Shown in pieces: positions 16,342-27,659 of a stretch of 64,000 nucleotides of DNA. Under the pieces are notes generated by a model. It ran no database searches. It had not been told where the DNA came from and saw nothing but the letters and a program-made list of their open reading frames with translations. The stretch lies in the NCBI GenBank assembly GCA_036488775.1, contig DASXHF010000186.1, forward strand, positions 1,246 to 65,245, given 5' to 3'. The position numbers were made by a program, and so were the translations under genes. Every line of letters begins with the position of its first letter. Positions within the stretch are counted from its first letter, which is position 1. Source of the stretch: Gemmatimonadaceae bacterium. Lineage in GTDB: Bacteria; Gemmatimonadota; Gemmatimonadetes; Gemmatimonadales; Gemmatimonadaceae.

Positions 16342-17739
16342 ATGACATTCCGCTCCATCAATCCAGCGACCGGCGAGACGCTCGCCGAGTTTCCCGCGCA
16401 CACGCCGGGCGAGGTCGATGCCAAGCTGGCTCGCGCGCATACGGCCGCGCACGCGTGGCGCCGCACTCCGATTGCCGATCGCGCCGCCGTGGTGCGACGA
16501 CTCGGCGACTTGCTCGACGGCGAGAAGGAGCGGCTCGGGCGCATGATGACGCTCGAGATGGGAAAGCCGATCGGCGCCGCGATCGAGGAGGCCGCCAAAT
16601 GCGCGACGGCGTGCCGCTTCTACGCCACGCACGGACCGAGCTTCGTCGCAGACTCCGCCGTCGACGATCCCGAGCACCGCTCTTTCGTGGCGTATGATCC
16701 ACTCGGTGTGGTGCTCGCGGTGATGCCGTGGAACTTTCCCTTCTGGCAAGCGATCCGGTTCATGGCGCCGGCACTCGTCGCCGGCAACGTCGGCGTGCTC
16801 AAGCACGCGTCGAACGTCCCGCAGTGCGCACTCGAGCTCGAGTCGCTCGTGCGACGCGCCGGCGCACCGGAGGGGGTGTTTCAGACGCTGCTCATCTCGA
16901 GCGATGCAGTGGCGGGTGTGTTGACCGATCCGAGAGTCGTCGCCGCGACGCTCACGGGAAGCGAGGGCGCCGGCAGCAGCGTCGCGTCCATTGCCGGCAA
17001 GCAGATCAAGCCGACCGTGCTGGAGCTGGGCGGCAGCGATCCGTTCATCGTCATGCCGAGCGCGGACTTCGAGCGCGCGGTGACGACGGCGGTGAAGGCG
17101 CGGACGATCAACAACGGGCAGAGCTGCATCGCAGCGAAGCGATTCATCGTACACACGGAGATCTTCGATCGGTTTCTCGAGCGCTTCGTTGCGGGCATGC
17201 GCGCGCTCAAAGTCGGCGATCCGATCGATCCGACGACGGAACTCGGGCCGCTGTCGTCGGTCAAGCTGGCGGGAGAGCTCGATGCGCAGGTGCGCGAGTC
17301 GGTGGCGAAGGGCGCGCGTGTCGTGCTCGGCGGCGCGCGGCGCGGTCCGGACTCGGCCTACTATCCGGCAACGGTCCTGACCGACATTCCCAAGGATTCG
17401 CCGGCGTATCGCGACGAGCTGTTCGGTCCGGTCGCGTGTGTGTTTCGCGCCCGCAACATCGAAGACGCGATCCACATCGCCAACGACACGCGATTCGGAC
17501 TCGCGTCGAGCGCGTGGACGACCGTCCCCGCGGAACAGGAGCGGTTCGTGCGCGAGATCGACGCCGGAAGCGTCTTCGTGAACGACATGGTCGTCTCCGA
17601 TCCGCGCTTTCCGTTCGGCGGGGTGAAGTCGTCGGGGTACGGGCGAGAGCTATCGGACGTGGGGATGAGGGAATTCACGAACGTCAAGACGGTGCGGATC
17701 CGGATCAGCGGCGAGGGAAACAAAGGGAGCACGGAATGA
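16342..17739 (+). CDS. NAD(P)-dependent aldehyde / succinate-semialdehyde dehydrogenase family protein
   Basis: ATG at 16342 gives MTFRSINPATGE. MPWNFPFWQ, LELGGSDPFIV, INNGQSCIAAKRF and PFGGVKSSGYGRE are hallmark aldehyde dehydrogenase motifs. Confidence 0.85.
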   Translation: MTFRSINPATGETLAEFPAHTPGEVDAKLARAHTAAHAWRRTPIADRAAVVRRLGDLLDGEKERLGRMMTLEMGKPIGAAIEEAAKCATACRFYATHGPSFVADSAVDDPEHRSFVAYDPLGVVLAVMPWNFPFWQAIRFMAPALVAGNVGVLKHASNVPQCALELESLVRRAGAPEGVFQTLLISSDAVAGVLTDPRVVAATLTGSEGAGSSVASIAGKQIKPTVLELGGSDPFIVMPSADFERAVTTAVKARTINNGQSCIAAKRFIVHTEIFDRFLERFVAGMRALKVGDPIDPTTELGPLSSVKLAGELDAQVRESVAKGARVVLGGARRGPDSAYYPATVLTDIPKDSPAYRDELFGPVACVFRARNIEDAIHIANDTRFGLASSAWTTVPAEQERFVREIDAGSVFVNDMVVSDPRFPFGGVKSSGYGRELSDVGMREFTNVKTVRIRISGEGNKGSTE

Positions 17740-17748
17740 GGCAGCTCA

Positions 17749-17814
17749 CCGGCTGACCGGATAGCTGACGACAAAGAGCTCAAGTCGTTAGGGGCCAGTC
17801 GACCGGTCAGCCGG
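17749..17814. repeat. 12-bp perfect inverted repeat (CCGGCTGACCGG / CCGGTCAGCCGG) with a 42-nt spacer between convergent genes
   Basis: Arms at 17749-17760 and 17803-17814. The right side (17795-17816) is the inverse of 33682-33703 (20/22 matches). A 10-mer AAGTCGTTAG is shared at 17782 and 33782. Confidence 0.6.
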
Positions 17815-20800
17815 TCGACGGCTCACCTTGACGGTCTACGCCTTTGTCTTCGGCCGGCCGCAACGCCACCCGAACGGTCGTCCCCCGTCCTCGCTCGCTC
17901 TCGATCGTCACCTCGCCGCCCCAGCTTTCGACGAGCCGTCGCGTGATCGCCAGTCCGAGCCCGCTCCCACTCGTGCGCGTCGAGAAATGCGGCTCGAAGA
18001 TCCGCGGCAATACGTCCGCCGCGATGCCGACACCGTCGTCCGTCACCTCTATCGTCACGGAGTCTCCCATGTCCGGAGTGGCGGCCCGTCGAACCGTCGT
18101 ATGCACCGTCTTGGCCTCCGCCAACCGTGCATTCTCGAACAGGTTGAGCAGTACTTCGCGCAGCTCGTCGGCGCGCGCCAGAGCGAAGGGGACCTCGCCA
18201 TCGACCGCGCACGTCCAGCGCACGCGCCCTTCGCCGATCGTCTCGAGCCCCACGACGTCCCGCACCACCTCCGCGACATTCGTCGGCTCGGCCTGCGCGC
18301 GCGCTTCGGGCGCCCCGCCGTAGCGGCTGAACGCGCGGGCGATCTCGTCGAGGCGATCGATCTCCGTGAGGATGCGTGACACGTTCTGTTCGAGAATCGT
18401 GTCGAAGTCGCTGCGGCCGCGCGCGCGCAGCAGGTGCTGAACGCCGAGCCGGATCGGCGTCAGCGGGTTCTTGATCTCGTGCGCGACCTGGCGAGCCATC
18501 TCGCCCCAGGCGAGCACGCGCTGCGCACGTACGAGCTCCGTGACGTCGTCGAGCGTGAGCACCGCGCCGCCGCTCGAGAGCCGCGTCAGCTGGCCGCGCA
18601 GCGCACGGCCGGCGAATTCCAACTCGAAGTGATCCGCGTCCGCTCCCGAGCGCAGGAAGCGCATCACCCGCACCGCGACCGCGGGCGGCTCGACCAGCGT
18701 CGATCCGGCCGGAAGCGAGCGGCCAAGCAGCAGCTCGGCTCGTGGATTGGCGAGAATCACCGCGCCGGTGTCGTCGACCGCGATCACGCCGCTCGCGACG
18801 GTGCGCAGCACGGCGTTCGTGCGACGCTGGGCCTCGACCAGCTCGGCGCGGCTCGTCGCGAGATCCTCGGCCATGGCGCGGAACGCGCTGAACACAGGGA
18901 CGAACTCGCTCACGGCGCTGGGCGCGAGCGAAATGTCGCGCTCGCCGCGCGCCACCGCGCGGGCCGCGGTTCGCAGTGCACCGATCGGCCGGGCGAGCTG
19001 CCGCGCCGCTTCGCCACTCAACCACACAGCGGCCGCCGCGCCGAGCGCCGTCGCGAATACCACCAGCACGCCGAGGTCCCGCCGCCGCCGGTCGAGCAAC
19101 AGATCGTCCACGCGTGCCGGCGCGGCGATCACGAGATCCGAGCCGGGCACCGTCGGGAGCACGCGGTAACCGAGCATCCCCGTGGCCCCGGCGACCGCCT
19201 CGGGACGCGTCGCGCTGATCTCCTCCGACGCGCCGAGCTGCACCGCGACGTCGGGTCGCAGGAGCGTGCCCATGGGTGCGAGGTCGGCGAACAGCGAATC
19301 GCTGGCGCCGACGAGCACGCCGGACTTGTAGAGCAGCAGTTTCGTGTCGAGACGTGCGCTCTCCCGCTTGAGCCAATCCGCCTGCCGACTCGCCGACACC
19401 GCCCGCATCGTCTCCGTCACGAGCAGGCGCCGCGAGGTCTGCGCGTCGTCGAACAGCTGGCCCCACGACCACAGCGCAAAGGCGCCCGCGGGCACGAGGA
19501 AAAAGAGCGCGAGCGCCAGTGACAGACGCGTGCGGTAGCTCCGCATCCGCCGGCGCCGGAGACGGAGCCAGCGGCTCACGCGTCCGTCGGCCACGGCGCC
19601 GACGAGCCAGACCAGCAGCACCGCGCCGATGTTCACGAGCACGAGGAGCCCGCCGCGCGGAATCAGCGTGTCGAGCCCGCGCAGATCGACTTCGATGTGC
19701 GCTCGTGCCGGCCCCGTCGCACCGGCGACGGGCCAGTCGCCATGCAGCTCGTTGCCTTCGCGGCGCCAGCGAATCTCGCTGCGCGGCGCGAGCGGTTCCG
19801 GCACGACCTGCACGGTGTACAGCGGCTCGCTCTCCTGCGTGGGCGGAAGCCCATACCATCGCGAGTACGCATCGTTGCCGATGAGCCGCGTGCGGGGCGC
19901 CACGAGGATCGTCACCGCGCCGCCTCGAACGGGCACCGCCGCCACGTGCACGCCGTACGACGTCGCGCGCGTCGTCGTGGAGATTCGCTGCCCCGTCAGC
20001 TGCGCGCCGAGGGCCGCGGCGCCGACGGTGTCGAACGCGACGTCGAACGGCGCCGACCCGAAGGTGGCGAGCGGCGTCGCGCCCTCCCACGATGTGAGCG
20101 CCACGGGGTACCCCGACGCGGCGAGATCCGACGATACGTAGCGCTCGAGCAGGGTCTCGGCATTTCGCGGGAGCTCCTCGCCCTGCAGCGCCGACGCCAG
20201 ACGGTTGGCGAGCGCGGCTCCGTACGCATCAGGGCCGGCCAGCCCACGCACGTCCCGCTCGGCCAGCTCGACGCGTCTGCGCGACGTCGCGCCCCACACG
20301 ACCGTCGCCGACGCCAGCGCGGCGACCATGGCCGCGCCGAGCAACGCGCGCCGCGAGGGACGCGCGAGGACGAGCGTCCCCACCGCGACCGACCACAGGA
20401 TGGTGAACCATGGCGGCCATTGTCCCGGCGCGTGCCACGCGAGAGGCGCGACGAGCGCCGCGACGAGCGCCAGCGCGGGGCCGAGTCCTGCTGGCGTGCC
20501 TCGCCGCCCACCGAGCGCGATGCGGCCGGCCCAGCTCGCGAGCACGAGCAGCGCGGTCGCGGTGAGACAGAGCGGCACGGTCCAGATCAGCCACAGCGCG
20601 TCACCGGCGCCCTCCGCCGGCGGTGTGATGCCGCGCGCCAGCGCGCCGACGACGAACGGACCGAGACCGATCGCCGCCGCCGCGAGGAGCACCGCCGCCG
20701 GCCGCGGCAGCCGGTCGCCGACCCGCCGGATCACGAGGATGACGAGGAACAGGAGTGTGGCGGCCGTGACCGCAAGCGCGGCGGCATTCGCCGTGAAGGC

Positions 20801-21838
20801 GCGCCCCGCGGGGAAGAAATAGACGGCCGCGTCGAAGAGCCGCGAGCGGGTGGAGAATTCACTCAGCGGTACCACGGTGACACAGCGCAGCACGACCAAC
20901 ACGCCAGCCACCACCGCCACCCCATCGACCTCGCGCCGCGCCACCAGGACGAGGAACGCCACCATGGCGATGAGCAGCGCGATGCCCGCCCGCACGCGCG
21001 TGCGCTCCAGGGTCCGGAACCGCACCTCGCCCGCGGATGGAACGAGCGCGCGGGCGACGAACAGCGTGCGCCCGCTATCGCGGTAGCGGAGCGCGTTCGT
21101 CTGACTCGTGTCTCCGGGCGGTCCGAAGACGAACCCCTCCGTCACCTCGGTGCTCGGGAGCTGCTGCGCCAGCCCGCGCGTCAGCCGGTCCGCCGGCGGC
21201 GCAGCGTACAGAAGGCTCGTGGCCACCGCGCGACGACCCGCGCTGTCAGCCGAGGCGTAGAGCGTGAGGCCAAACGGGGTGGCGACCACGCCCGACGGGT
21301 CGGTGAGCGCACGGGGATCGGCGTGCAGTGTGCCCGCCCACGCGAGCAGAGAATCGCCGCGAGCCACCAGCACGGCGCGGCGGTCGCGCGCTCCCCGTCC
21401 GATCGCGCGCTCGAGCGCGACCACGGTACCCTCCGGGTCGGTGGGTGTGGAGGCGACGGCGAGCGCGCGTCTCGCGGCATGTCGCAGGAATCGCAGCTCG
21501 TCGTCGACTCGGCCACCGAGCATCGCCTGCTGCCGCTCCGCTTCCGCGGCCGCCACCACCGACGGTGCGCGAGAGAAGCTCGCCAGCCGCAGCTCGGCAC
21601 GACCGGCCACCACCACGAAGGCGGCGAGGGGGGCGAGGGTGACCGCCAGCGGCATCCGCAGGGACGGCGGCGACCAGCGCAGCGCCGCGACGGCGGCGAC
21701 CGCGGTGGCGAGGACGCATCCGGCGACATAACCTACGCGCGGATCGGCGAGCCAGCTGCTCGCCAGCAACAGCGCCGCCGCCGCGGCTGCCGGCGCGACG
21801 AGCGCGCGGGGTCCCGCCGCGGGCAGCCACCGTCTCAT
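17807..21838 (-). CDS. large multi-pass membrane sensor histidine kinase (HAMP-PAS-HisKA-HATPase, NtrY-like H-box)
   Basis: 1343 aa with many hydrophobic segments in the first roughly 850 aa. H-box MARQVAHEIKNPLTPI; N-box LLNLFENA; G-boxes DDGVGI and GSGLGLAI. Confidence 0.85.
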   Translation of the reverse strand: MRRWLPAAGPRALVAPAAAAAALLLASSWLADPRVGYVAGCVLATAVAAVAALRWSPPSLRMPLAVTLAPLAAFVVVAGRAELRLASFSRAPSVVAAAEAERQQAMLGGRVDDELRFLRHAARRALAVASTPTDPEGTVVALERAIGRGARDRRAVLVARGDSLLAWAGTLHADPRALTDPSGVVATPFGLTLYASADSAGRRAVATSLLYAAPPADRLTRGLAQQLPSTEVTEGFVFGPPGDTSQTNALRYRDSGRTLFVARALVPSAGEVRFRTLERTRVRAGIALLIAMVAFLVLVARREVDGVAVVAGVLVVLRCVTVVPLSEFSTRSRLFDAAVYFFPAGRAFTANAAALAVTAATLLFLVILVIRRVGDRLPRPAAVLLAAAAIGLGPFVVGALARGITPPAEGAGDALWLIWTVPLCLTATALLVLASWAGRIALGGRRGTPAGLGPALALVAALVAPLAWHAPGQWPPWFTILWSVAVGTLVLARPSRRALLGAAMVAALASATVVWGATSRRRVELAERDVRGLAGPDAYGAALANRLASALQGEELPRNAETLLERYVSSDLAASGYPVALTSWEGATPLATFGSAPFDVAFDTVGAAALGAQLTGQRISTTTRATSYGVHVAAVPVRGGAVTILVAPRTRLIGNDAYSRWYGLPPTQESEPLYTVQVVPEPLAPRSEIRWRREGNELHGDWPVAGATGPARAHIEVDLRGLDTLIPRGGLLVLVNIGAVLLVWLVGAVADGRVSRWLRLRRRRMRSYRTRLSLALALFFLVPAGAFALWSWGQLFDDAQTSRRLLVTETMRAVSASRQADWLKRESARLDTKLLLYKSGVLVGASDSLFADLAPMGTLLRPDVAVQLGASEEISATRPEAVAGATGMLGYRVLPTVPGSDLVIAAPARVDDLLLDRRRRDLGVLVVFATALGAAAAVWLSGEAARQLARPIGALRTAARAVARGERDISLAPSAVSEFVPVFSAFRAMAEDLATSRAELVEAQRRTNAVLRTVASGVIAVDDTGAVILANPRAELLLGRSLPAGSTLVEPPAVAVRVMRFLRSGADADHFELEFAGRALRGQLTRLSSGGAVLTLDDVTELVRAQRVLAWGEMARQVAHEIKNPLTPIRLGVQHLLRARGRSDFDTILEQNVSRILTEIDRLDEIARAFSRYGGAPEARAQAEPTNVAEVVRDVVGLETIGEGRVRWTCAVDGEVPFALARADELREVLLNLFENARLAEAKTVHTTVRRAATPDMGDSVTIEVTDDGVGIAADVLPRIFEPHFSTRTSGSGLGLAITRRLVESWGGEVTIESERGRGTTVRVALRPAEDKGVDRQGEPSTG

Positions 21839-21851
21839 CGTCTCGCGCAGA

Positions 21852-22598
21852 ATGATCTACCCCTCCGACACCGCGGCAACGCCGCGCCGCATCAAGGAGC
21901 TGCGCCCCGACGAGGTCGCGGCCGCCGTCGCCGCCGACCCGCGGCTCATCATCCCCGTCGGCACCTGCGAGCAACACGGCCGGCACATGCCGCTCGGCTG
22001 CGACACGATCATCGCCGAGCACCTCGCGGACGACCTCTCGGCGGAATTCGGCATCCTGCGCGCGCCCACGCTGGAGTACGGCGTGAACGTCGCCACCGAG
22101 CGCGGGTTCCCCGGCAACGCCTCGCTGCGCAAGAAGACGCTGCACCGGATGTTGAACGATCTGCTCGACACGTGGGAGTCGACGGGGTTCAGGGAGTTCA
22201 TCCTGCTGACGGCGCACGAACACGATCCGCACCAGGAGGCCCTGGCCACGGTCATCACGACGCGCGCGCGTGTTCGCGTCGTCGACATCTTCTCGGTGGA
22301 CTTTCGCGAGCTGCTCGAAGGCCAGGCGGAGCCGATGCATGGCGATGAGGTCGATACCTCGCTGATGCTGTTCATCGCCCCCCACCTCGTCAGAATGGAC
22401 CTCGCGGAAGACTATATGATGTCGCGCGACGAGCTCCGACGGTACCGCCGAGGCTGGCTGAAGATCCCGGATGGGAGCTCGGGCTCCATCGGTCGGCCCT
22501 CGCTCGCCACCGCCGCCAAAGGGGCCGCGATCTACGCCAAAATCCGCGAGCGAGTGCGCGACCGCGTCTTTCTCTCCATCGAGCCGGACCCCGACTGA
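21852..22598 (+). CDS. creatininase (creatinine amidohydrolase / MftE-like) family protein
   Basis: IIPVGTCEQHGRHMPLGCD...LLTAHEHD...MHGDEVDTS is the metal-ligand pattern of the creatininase family. Confidence 0.75.
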   Translation: MIYPSDTAATPRRIKELRPDEVAAAVAADPRLIIPVGTCEQHGRHMPLGCDTIIAEHLADDLSAEFGILRAPTLEYGVNVATERGFPGNASLRKKTLHRMLNDLLDTWESTGFREFILLTAHEHDPHQEALATVITTRARVRVVDIFSVDFRELLEGQAEPMHGDEVDTSLMLFIAPHLVRMDLAEDYMMSRDELRRYRRGWLKIPDGSSGSIGRPSLATAAKGAAIYAKIRERVRDRVFLSIEPDPD

Positions 22599-22746
22599 TC
22601 GGAAGCCGTGCAATCCGGGGCCGGCCGGCGTAGCTTTCTTTGACCGCTCCCCGCGGCCAAGAGTTCCATCCGCGCCGCCGCGTGTGAAACCCGCCGGCTC
22701 ACCCCAGCGTACGACGGGGTGACCTCCACACAGGATCTCCCCTCCG

Positions 22747-24228
22747 ATGCGCAATTTGGTGCTTGCCGCGCTCGTCCTGGTTTCCGGCGCGCCCGCAGCC
22801 AGCGGCGCCCAGACCCAAGCCCCGAGCGGTACGACGCTCACCCTGGACGACGCGATCATGCTCGCCAGGCGGAACAATCCGATCTATCTCGCCCAGGCCA
22901 GCAACCGCCGGACGGCCGACGCCGCGGTGCGCAGCGCCCGCGGCGCCTTCCTGCCCTCGGCGGATGCGTCGTTCGGGAGCCGGTATCAGCAGGGGGGCCA
23001 GCAGGTGTTCAACGGGCTGTCGTTCACCAACAGCTCCGCGACCATGCAGTCGAGCTACAGCTTCGACCTCAATTACCGGATCAACAGCGCCACCTTCGTC
23101 GCACCCAAGGCCGCTGCCGCAACGCGCGACGCCGTGGAAGCGGACATCACGGGCGCGTCGGAGCAGCTTCGCGCGGCGGTCACCCAGCAATATCTCACGG
23201 TGCTCCAGGCGCAGGCCCGCTCGTCGCTGCAGGACACGCTCGTCGCCACCGCCCAGACGCAGCTCGATCTCGCGAAGGCGAAGGTCGCCGTCGGCTCCGG
23301 AACGGTGCTCGACATTCGCCGCGCCGAGGTGGCGCTCGGCCAGGCACAGGTCGGCCTGCTGCAGGAACGCAACAACGTGCAGGTCGAGAAGCTGCGTCTC
23401 TTCCAACAGATGGGGGTCGCGCAGTCGGGCGATGCCGTGTTGACGACCGAGTTTCCCGTGCAGACGCCTTCGTTCGCCCTCGACTCGCTGCTCGACCTGG
23501 CGCGCCGCGCCAACCCTGCCATTCTCGCTCTGCGGTCGCGCGAGCGGGCGGCGGATCTGAACACACGCGTCGCCAAGGCCCTGTACACGCCGACGCTCTT
23601 TCTGAGCACGGGCTGGGGCGGCAACTCGTATCAGTACACCAACAGCGACTTCCTCGTGGATCGCGCGCGCAGCGGCGTACTCGCGTCGCAGGCGTCGTGC
23701 TTCCAGCAGGACTCCATTCACCAGGCCGTCGGTTACGGACCGCTGGGCTGCAATGGGCCGGCGTATCAGTTCACCGACGCCCAGGCAGCGGCGATCCGCA
23801 GCAGCAACAACCAGTTCCCCTTCCGGTTCCAGCGCGCTCCGATGGCGCTCACGGCACAGCTGACGATCCCCGTGTTCGACAACTTCAACCGCGAGGAGAA
23901 GGTGGAGCGCGCCCAGGTCGATCGTGAGACGGCGATGTACAACGTGCGCGCGAAGGATCTCGCGCTCACCGCCGACGTCACGCAGGCCTACCTCACGCTC
24001 CAGACGGCGGCGCAGACGGTGGCGCTGAATGACCAGACGGCGTCGAAGGCGAAGGAGGAGCTTGCCTTCGCCGAGGAGCGGTACAAGGTCGGCGCGGCGA
24101 CCTTCCTCGACGTCACGACGTCGCGCGAGTCGTACGAGCGCGCGTTGGTCGATCGAGTGAACTCGGTCTACGACTACCACAAGGCCTATGCCGCGCTCGA
24201 GAACGCGGTGGGCCGTCCCCTTCGTTAA
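22747..24228 (+). CDS. TolC-family outer membrane efflux protein
   Basis: Signal peptide MRNLVLAALVLVSGAPAASGAQ. LTLDDAIMLARRNNP is a TolC-like start. There are two internally repeated coiled-coil halves. 493 aa. Confidence 0.85.
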   Translation: MRNLVLAALVLVSGAPAASGAQTQAPSGTTLTLDDAIMLARRNNPIYLAQASNRRTADAAVRSARGAFLPSADASFGSRYQQGGQQVFNGLSFTNSSATMQSSYSFDLNYRINSATFVAPKAAAATRDAVEADITGASEQLRAAVTQQYLTVLQAQARSSLQDTLVATAQTQLDLAKAKVAVGSGTVLDIRRAEVALGQAQVGLLQERNNVQVEKLRLFQQMGVAQSGDAVLTTEFPVQTPSFALDSLLDLARRANPAILALRSRERAADLNTRVAKALYTPTLFLSTGWGGNSYQYTNSDFLVDRARSGVLASQASCFQQDSIHQAVGYGPLGCNGPAYQFTDAQAAAIRSSNNQFPFRFQRAPMALTAQLTIPVFDNFNREEKVERAQVDRETAMYNVRAKDLALTADVTQAYLTLQTAAQTVALNDQTASKAKEELAFAEERYKVGAATFLDVTTSRESYERALVDRVNSVYDYHKAYAALENAVGRPLR

Positions 24229-24254
24229 GCCCCCTCGCCACAGAGAGACTGGAT

Positions 24255-25534
24255 ATGAGCAAGCGCGTGAAGTGGTCAGTCGCCGGCGGGGTGCTCCTCG
24301 TCATCGTCGCAATCGGCGGGCTCACCGCCGCGAAGAGCAGCAAGAAGGCGGTCGAGGTTCGCACGGAGCTCGTGCAGGGCCGCGAGCTCGTCGCGTCGGT
24401 CACGGCGAGCGGCCAGGTGCGGCCACAGATGAAGGTCGACCTCAGCGCCGACATCACGGGCAAGATCGTGAAGCTCGCGGTGAAGGAAGGCCAGATGGTC
24501 ACCAAGGGGCAGTTCCTCCTGCAGATCGACGCCCAGCAGGCGGAGGCCGCGGTGCAGCGCATGGAGGCGTCGCTCGCATCGAGCCGCGCGCAGATGGCGC
24601 AGGCTGAGGCGAATCTCCTGCAGGCGCAGAAGAGCTACGAGCGTACAGCGCAGATCAAGAAGACCAATCCGACCCTGATCTCGGACGAGCAGATGGAGCA
24701 GCTCCGCACGGCGGTCGACGTGAATCGCGCGCTGCACGAGGCCGCGCGTCACTCGGTGGACCAGTCGACGGCGTCGCTGCGCGAGGCGCGCAGCTCGCTG
24801 GATAAGACGACGATCTATGCGCCGATGGCGGGACGCGTGACGCGGCTCAACGTGGAGAACGGCGAGACGGCGATCCAGGGCACGCTCAACAAGGACGCCG
24901 CCACGCTGCTCACCATCGCGGACATGAGCGTGCTCGAGACCAAGGTGAAAGTCGACGAGACGGACGTCGCGCGCATCCAGCTCGGCGACTCGGCGGTCAT
25001 CCAGATCGATGCCTTCCCCGACACGACCTTCTTCGGCCGGGTCACGGAGATCTCCAACAGCTCGGTGAAGGGCACGGCGACGGCGCAGGCGTCGAGCGAC
25101 CAGGCGGTGGACTACGAGGTGACGATCCAGCTCCTCAACACGCCGCCCGAGACGCGCCCGGATTTCTCGGCCACGGCGAAGATCATCACCGCGAGGCGGA
25201 AGAACGCGTTGTCCATCCCGATCATCGCGCTCACGGTGCGCGAGAACGAGGCGCTCATGGCCAGCGACACCGCCGTGGGTCTCGGCAAGCCGAAGCCCAA
25301 GAAGGAGGTTGGCAAGAAGGACGTCGAGGGCGTGTTCGTCGTCGGCAAGGACAACAAAGTCACCTTCCGGCCGGTGAAGGTCGGCATCGCGGGGGAGAAG
25401 CACTTCGAGGTGATCAGCGGCGTGAAGCCGGGCGAGAAGATCGTCGCGGGCACGTACCAGGCGATCCGCGAGCTGAAGGACGGCATGGTGGTCCGCGAGG
25501 CGAAGGTGGACCCCAAGAAGCCGCAGGCCGGATC

Positions 25535-25538
<4 letters not shown>
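24255..25538 (+). CDS. efflux periplasmic adaptor (HlyD/MacA-like MFP)
   Basis: N-terminal TM segment, a long coiled-coil ([28 protein letters not shown]), [18 protein letters not shown] and a beta-barrel-like C-terminus. Confidence 0.85.
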
Positions 25539-26344
<806 letters not shown>

Positions 26345-26414
26345 ATCGCGAATCGTGAGCCGCGGGTGACTCAGCCTGTTCGACCTGCCGCCTCGATCCC
26401 TCGCCGCGCCCCCT

Positions 26415-27656
26415 GTGCCCTTCCTCGACGCCATCCGTCTCGCCCTGCAACAGATCTGGGTGCAGAAGCTCAAGAGCTTCTTCACCCTGCTCGGCGTGAT
26501 GATCGGCGTCACCTTCCTCATCGCCGTCGTGTCCATCATCGGCGGGATGACGCGCTACATGAGCGACCAGCTCGTGGGCAAGCTGATCGCGATCAACTCG
26601 TTCGAGGTCCGGCAGCAGCCCAAAGTCAACATTGCCACGTCGCCCGAGCGGTGGCGCGAGCTGAACCGGCGGCCGCCGGTGAAATGGGAAGACATCCCGT
26701 CCGTGGCCGATGCGCTCGGGCCGGATGCTCGATGGGCTGCGTATGGGGCGGGACCGCTCCCCGTCGAGTCCCGCTACGTGAACCGTCCGAAGCCTGCGAC
26801 GGTGTACTGCGTCACGAGCGAGTACTTCGACATCAAGAGGATGGAGCCGTCCCGCGGCCGGCTCTTCTCTCCGGTCGAGTACGCCAGCGCGAGCAACGTC
26901 GTCGTGATCGGCGACGAGCTCGCGACATATTACTTCCCTAATCTCGACCCCGTGGGCCGCGAGCTCATCATCCGCGGCATCCCGTACCAGATCGTCGGTG
27001 TGATGGAGAAGCAGGGCAGCGCGTTCGGCCGGTCTTTCGACCAGTTCGTGATGGCGCCGCAGTCCTCCCCCCTGCTCAAGCTCGTCACCGCGCACGGCGT
27101 GCTCAACTCGATCATGGTCCAGGCACCGAGCCGCGAGGGGATGCTCGTGCAGATGCAGCGGGTTCGAGAGGTAATGCGCATCCGCCGCCACCTGCATCCC
27201 AACCAGGCCGACAACTTCGAGCTCGAGACCTCCGACTCCGCGCTCGAGTTCTGGAACAAGATCAAAGGCTATCTCGTGATCGCCGGCGTCGCCCTCCCGG
27301 CGATCGGGCTCGTGGTCGGCGCGATCGTCATCATGAACATCATGCTGGTGGCGGTCGCCGAGCGCACCCGCGAGATCGGCATCCGCAAGTCGCTCGGCGC
27401 ACGCCGCCGCGACATCATGAGCCAGTTTCTCGTCGAGAGTGCGACGCTCAGCACCATCGGCGCCAGCCTCGGTGTAGCGGCCGGCTTCGGCTTCGCCAAG
27501 CTGATCGCGGCGGTCACGCCGCTCCCCGCCGCGGTGGAGCTCTGGTCCGTGCTGCTCGGCGTCTCGATCGGTGCCGGTGTGGGGATCGTCGCGGGGATCT
27601 ACCCGGCGAGCCAGGCCTCGCGGCTCGATCCCATCACCGCCCTCCGGGCGGAGTAG
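26415..27656 (+). CDS. FtsX/MacB-type ABC permease, type A (P1)
   Basis: GTG start. MPFLDAIRLALQQIWVQKLKSFFTLLGVMIGV, a periplasmic domain, then C-terminal MNIMLVAVAERTREIGIRKSLGA...RLDPITALRAE. Confidence 0.85.
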   Translation: MPFLDAIRLALQQIWVQKLKSFFTLLGVMIGVTFLIAVVSIIGGMTRYMSDQLVGKLIAINSFEVRQQPKVNIATSPERWRELNRRPPVKWEDIPSVADALGPDARWAAYGAGPLPVESRYVNRPKPATVYCVTSEYFDIKRMEPSRGRLFSPVEYASASNVVVIGDELATYYFPNLDPVGRELIIRGIPYQIVGVMEKQGSAFGRSFDQFVMAPQSSPLLKLVTAHGVLNSIMVQAPSREGMLVQMQRVREVMRIRRHLHPNQADNFELETSDSALEFWNKIKGYLVIAGVALPAIGLVVGAIVIMNIMLVAVAERTREIGIRKSLGARRRDIMSQFLVESATLSTIGASLGVAAGFGFAKLIAAVTPLPAAVELWSVLLGVSIGAGVGIVAGIYPASQASRLDPITALRAE

Positions 27657-27659
27657 ACC

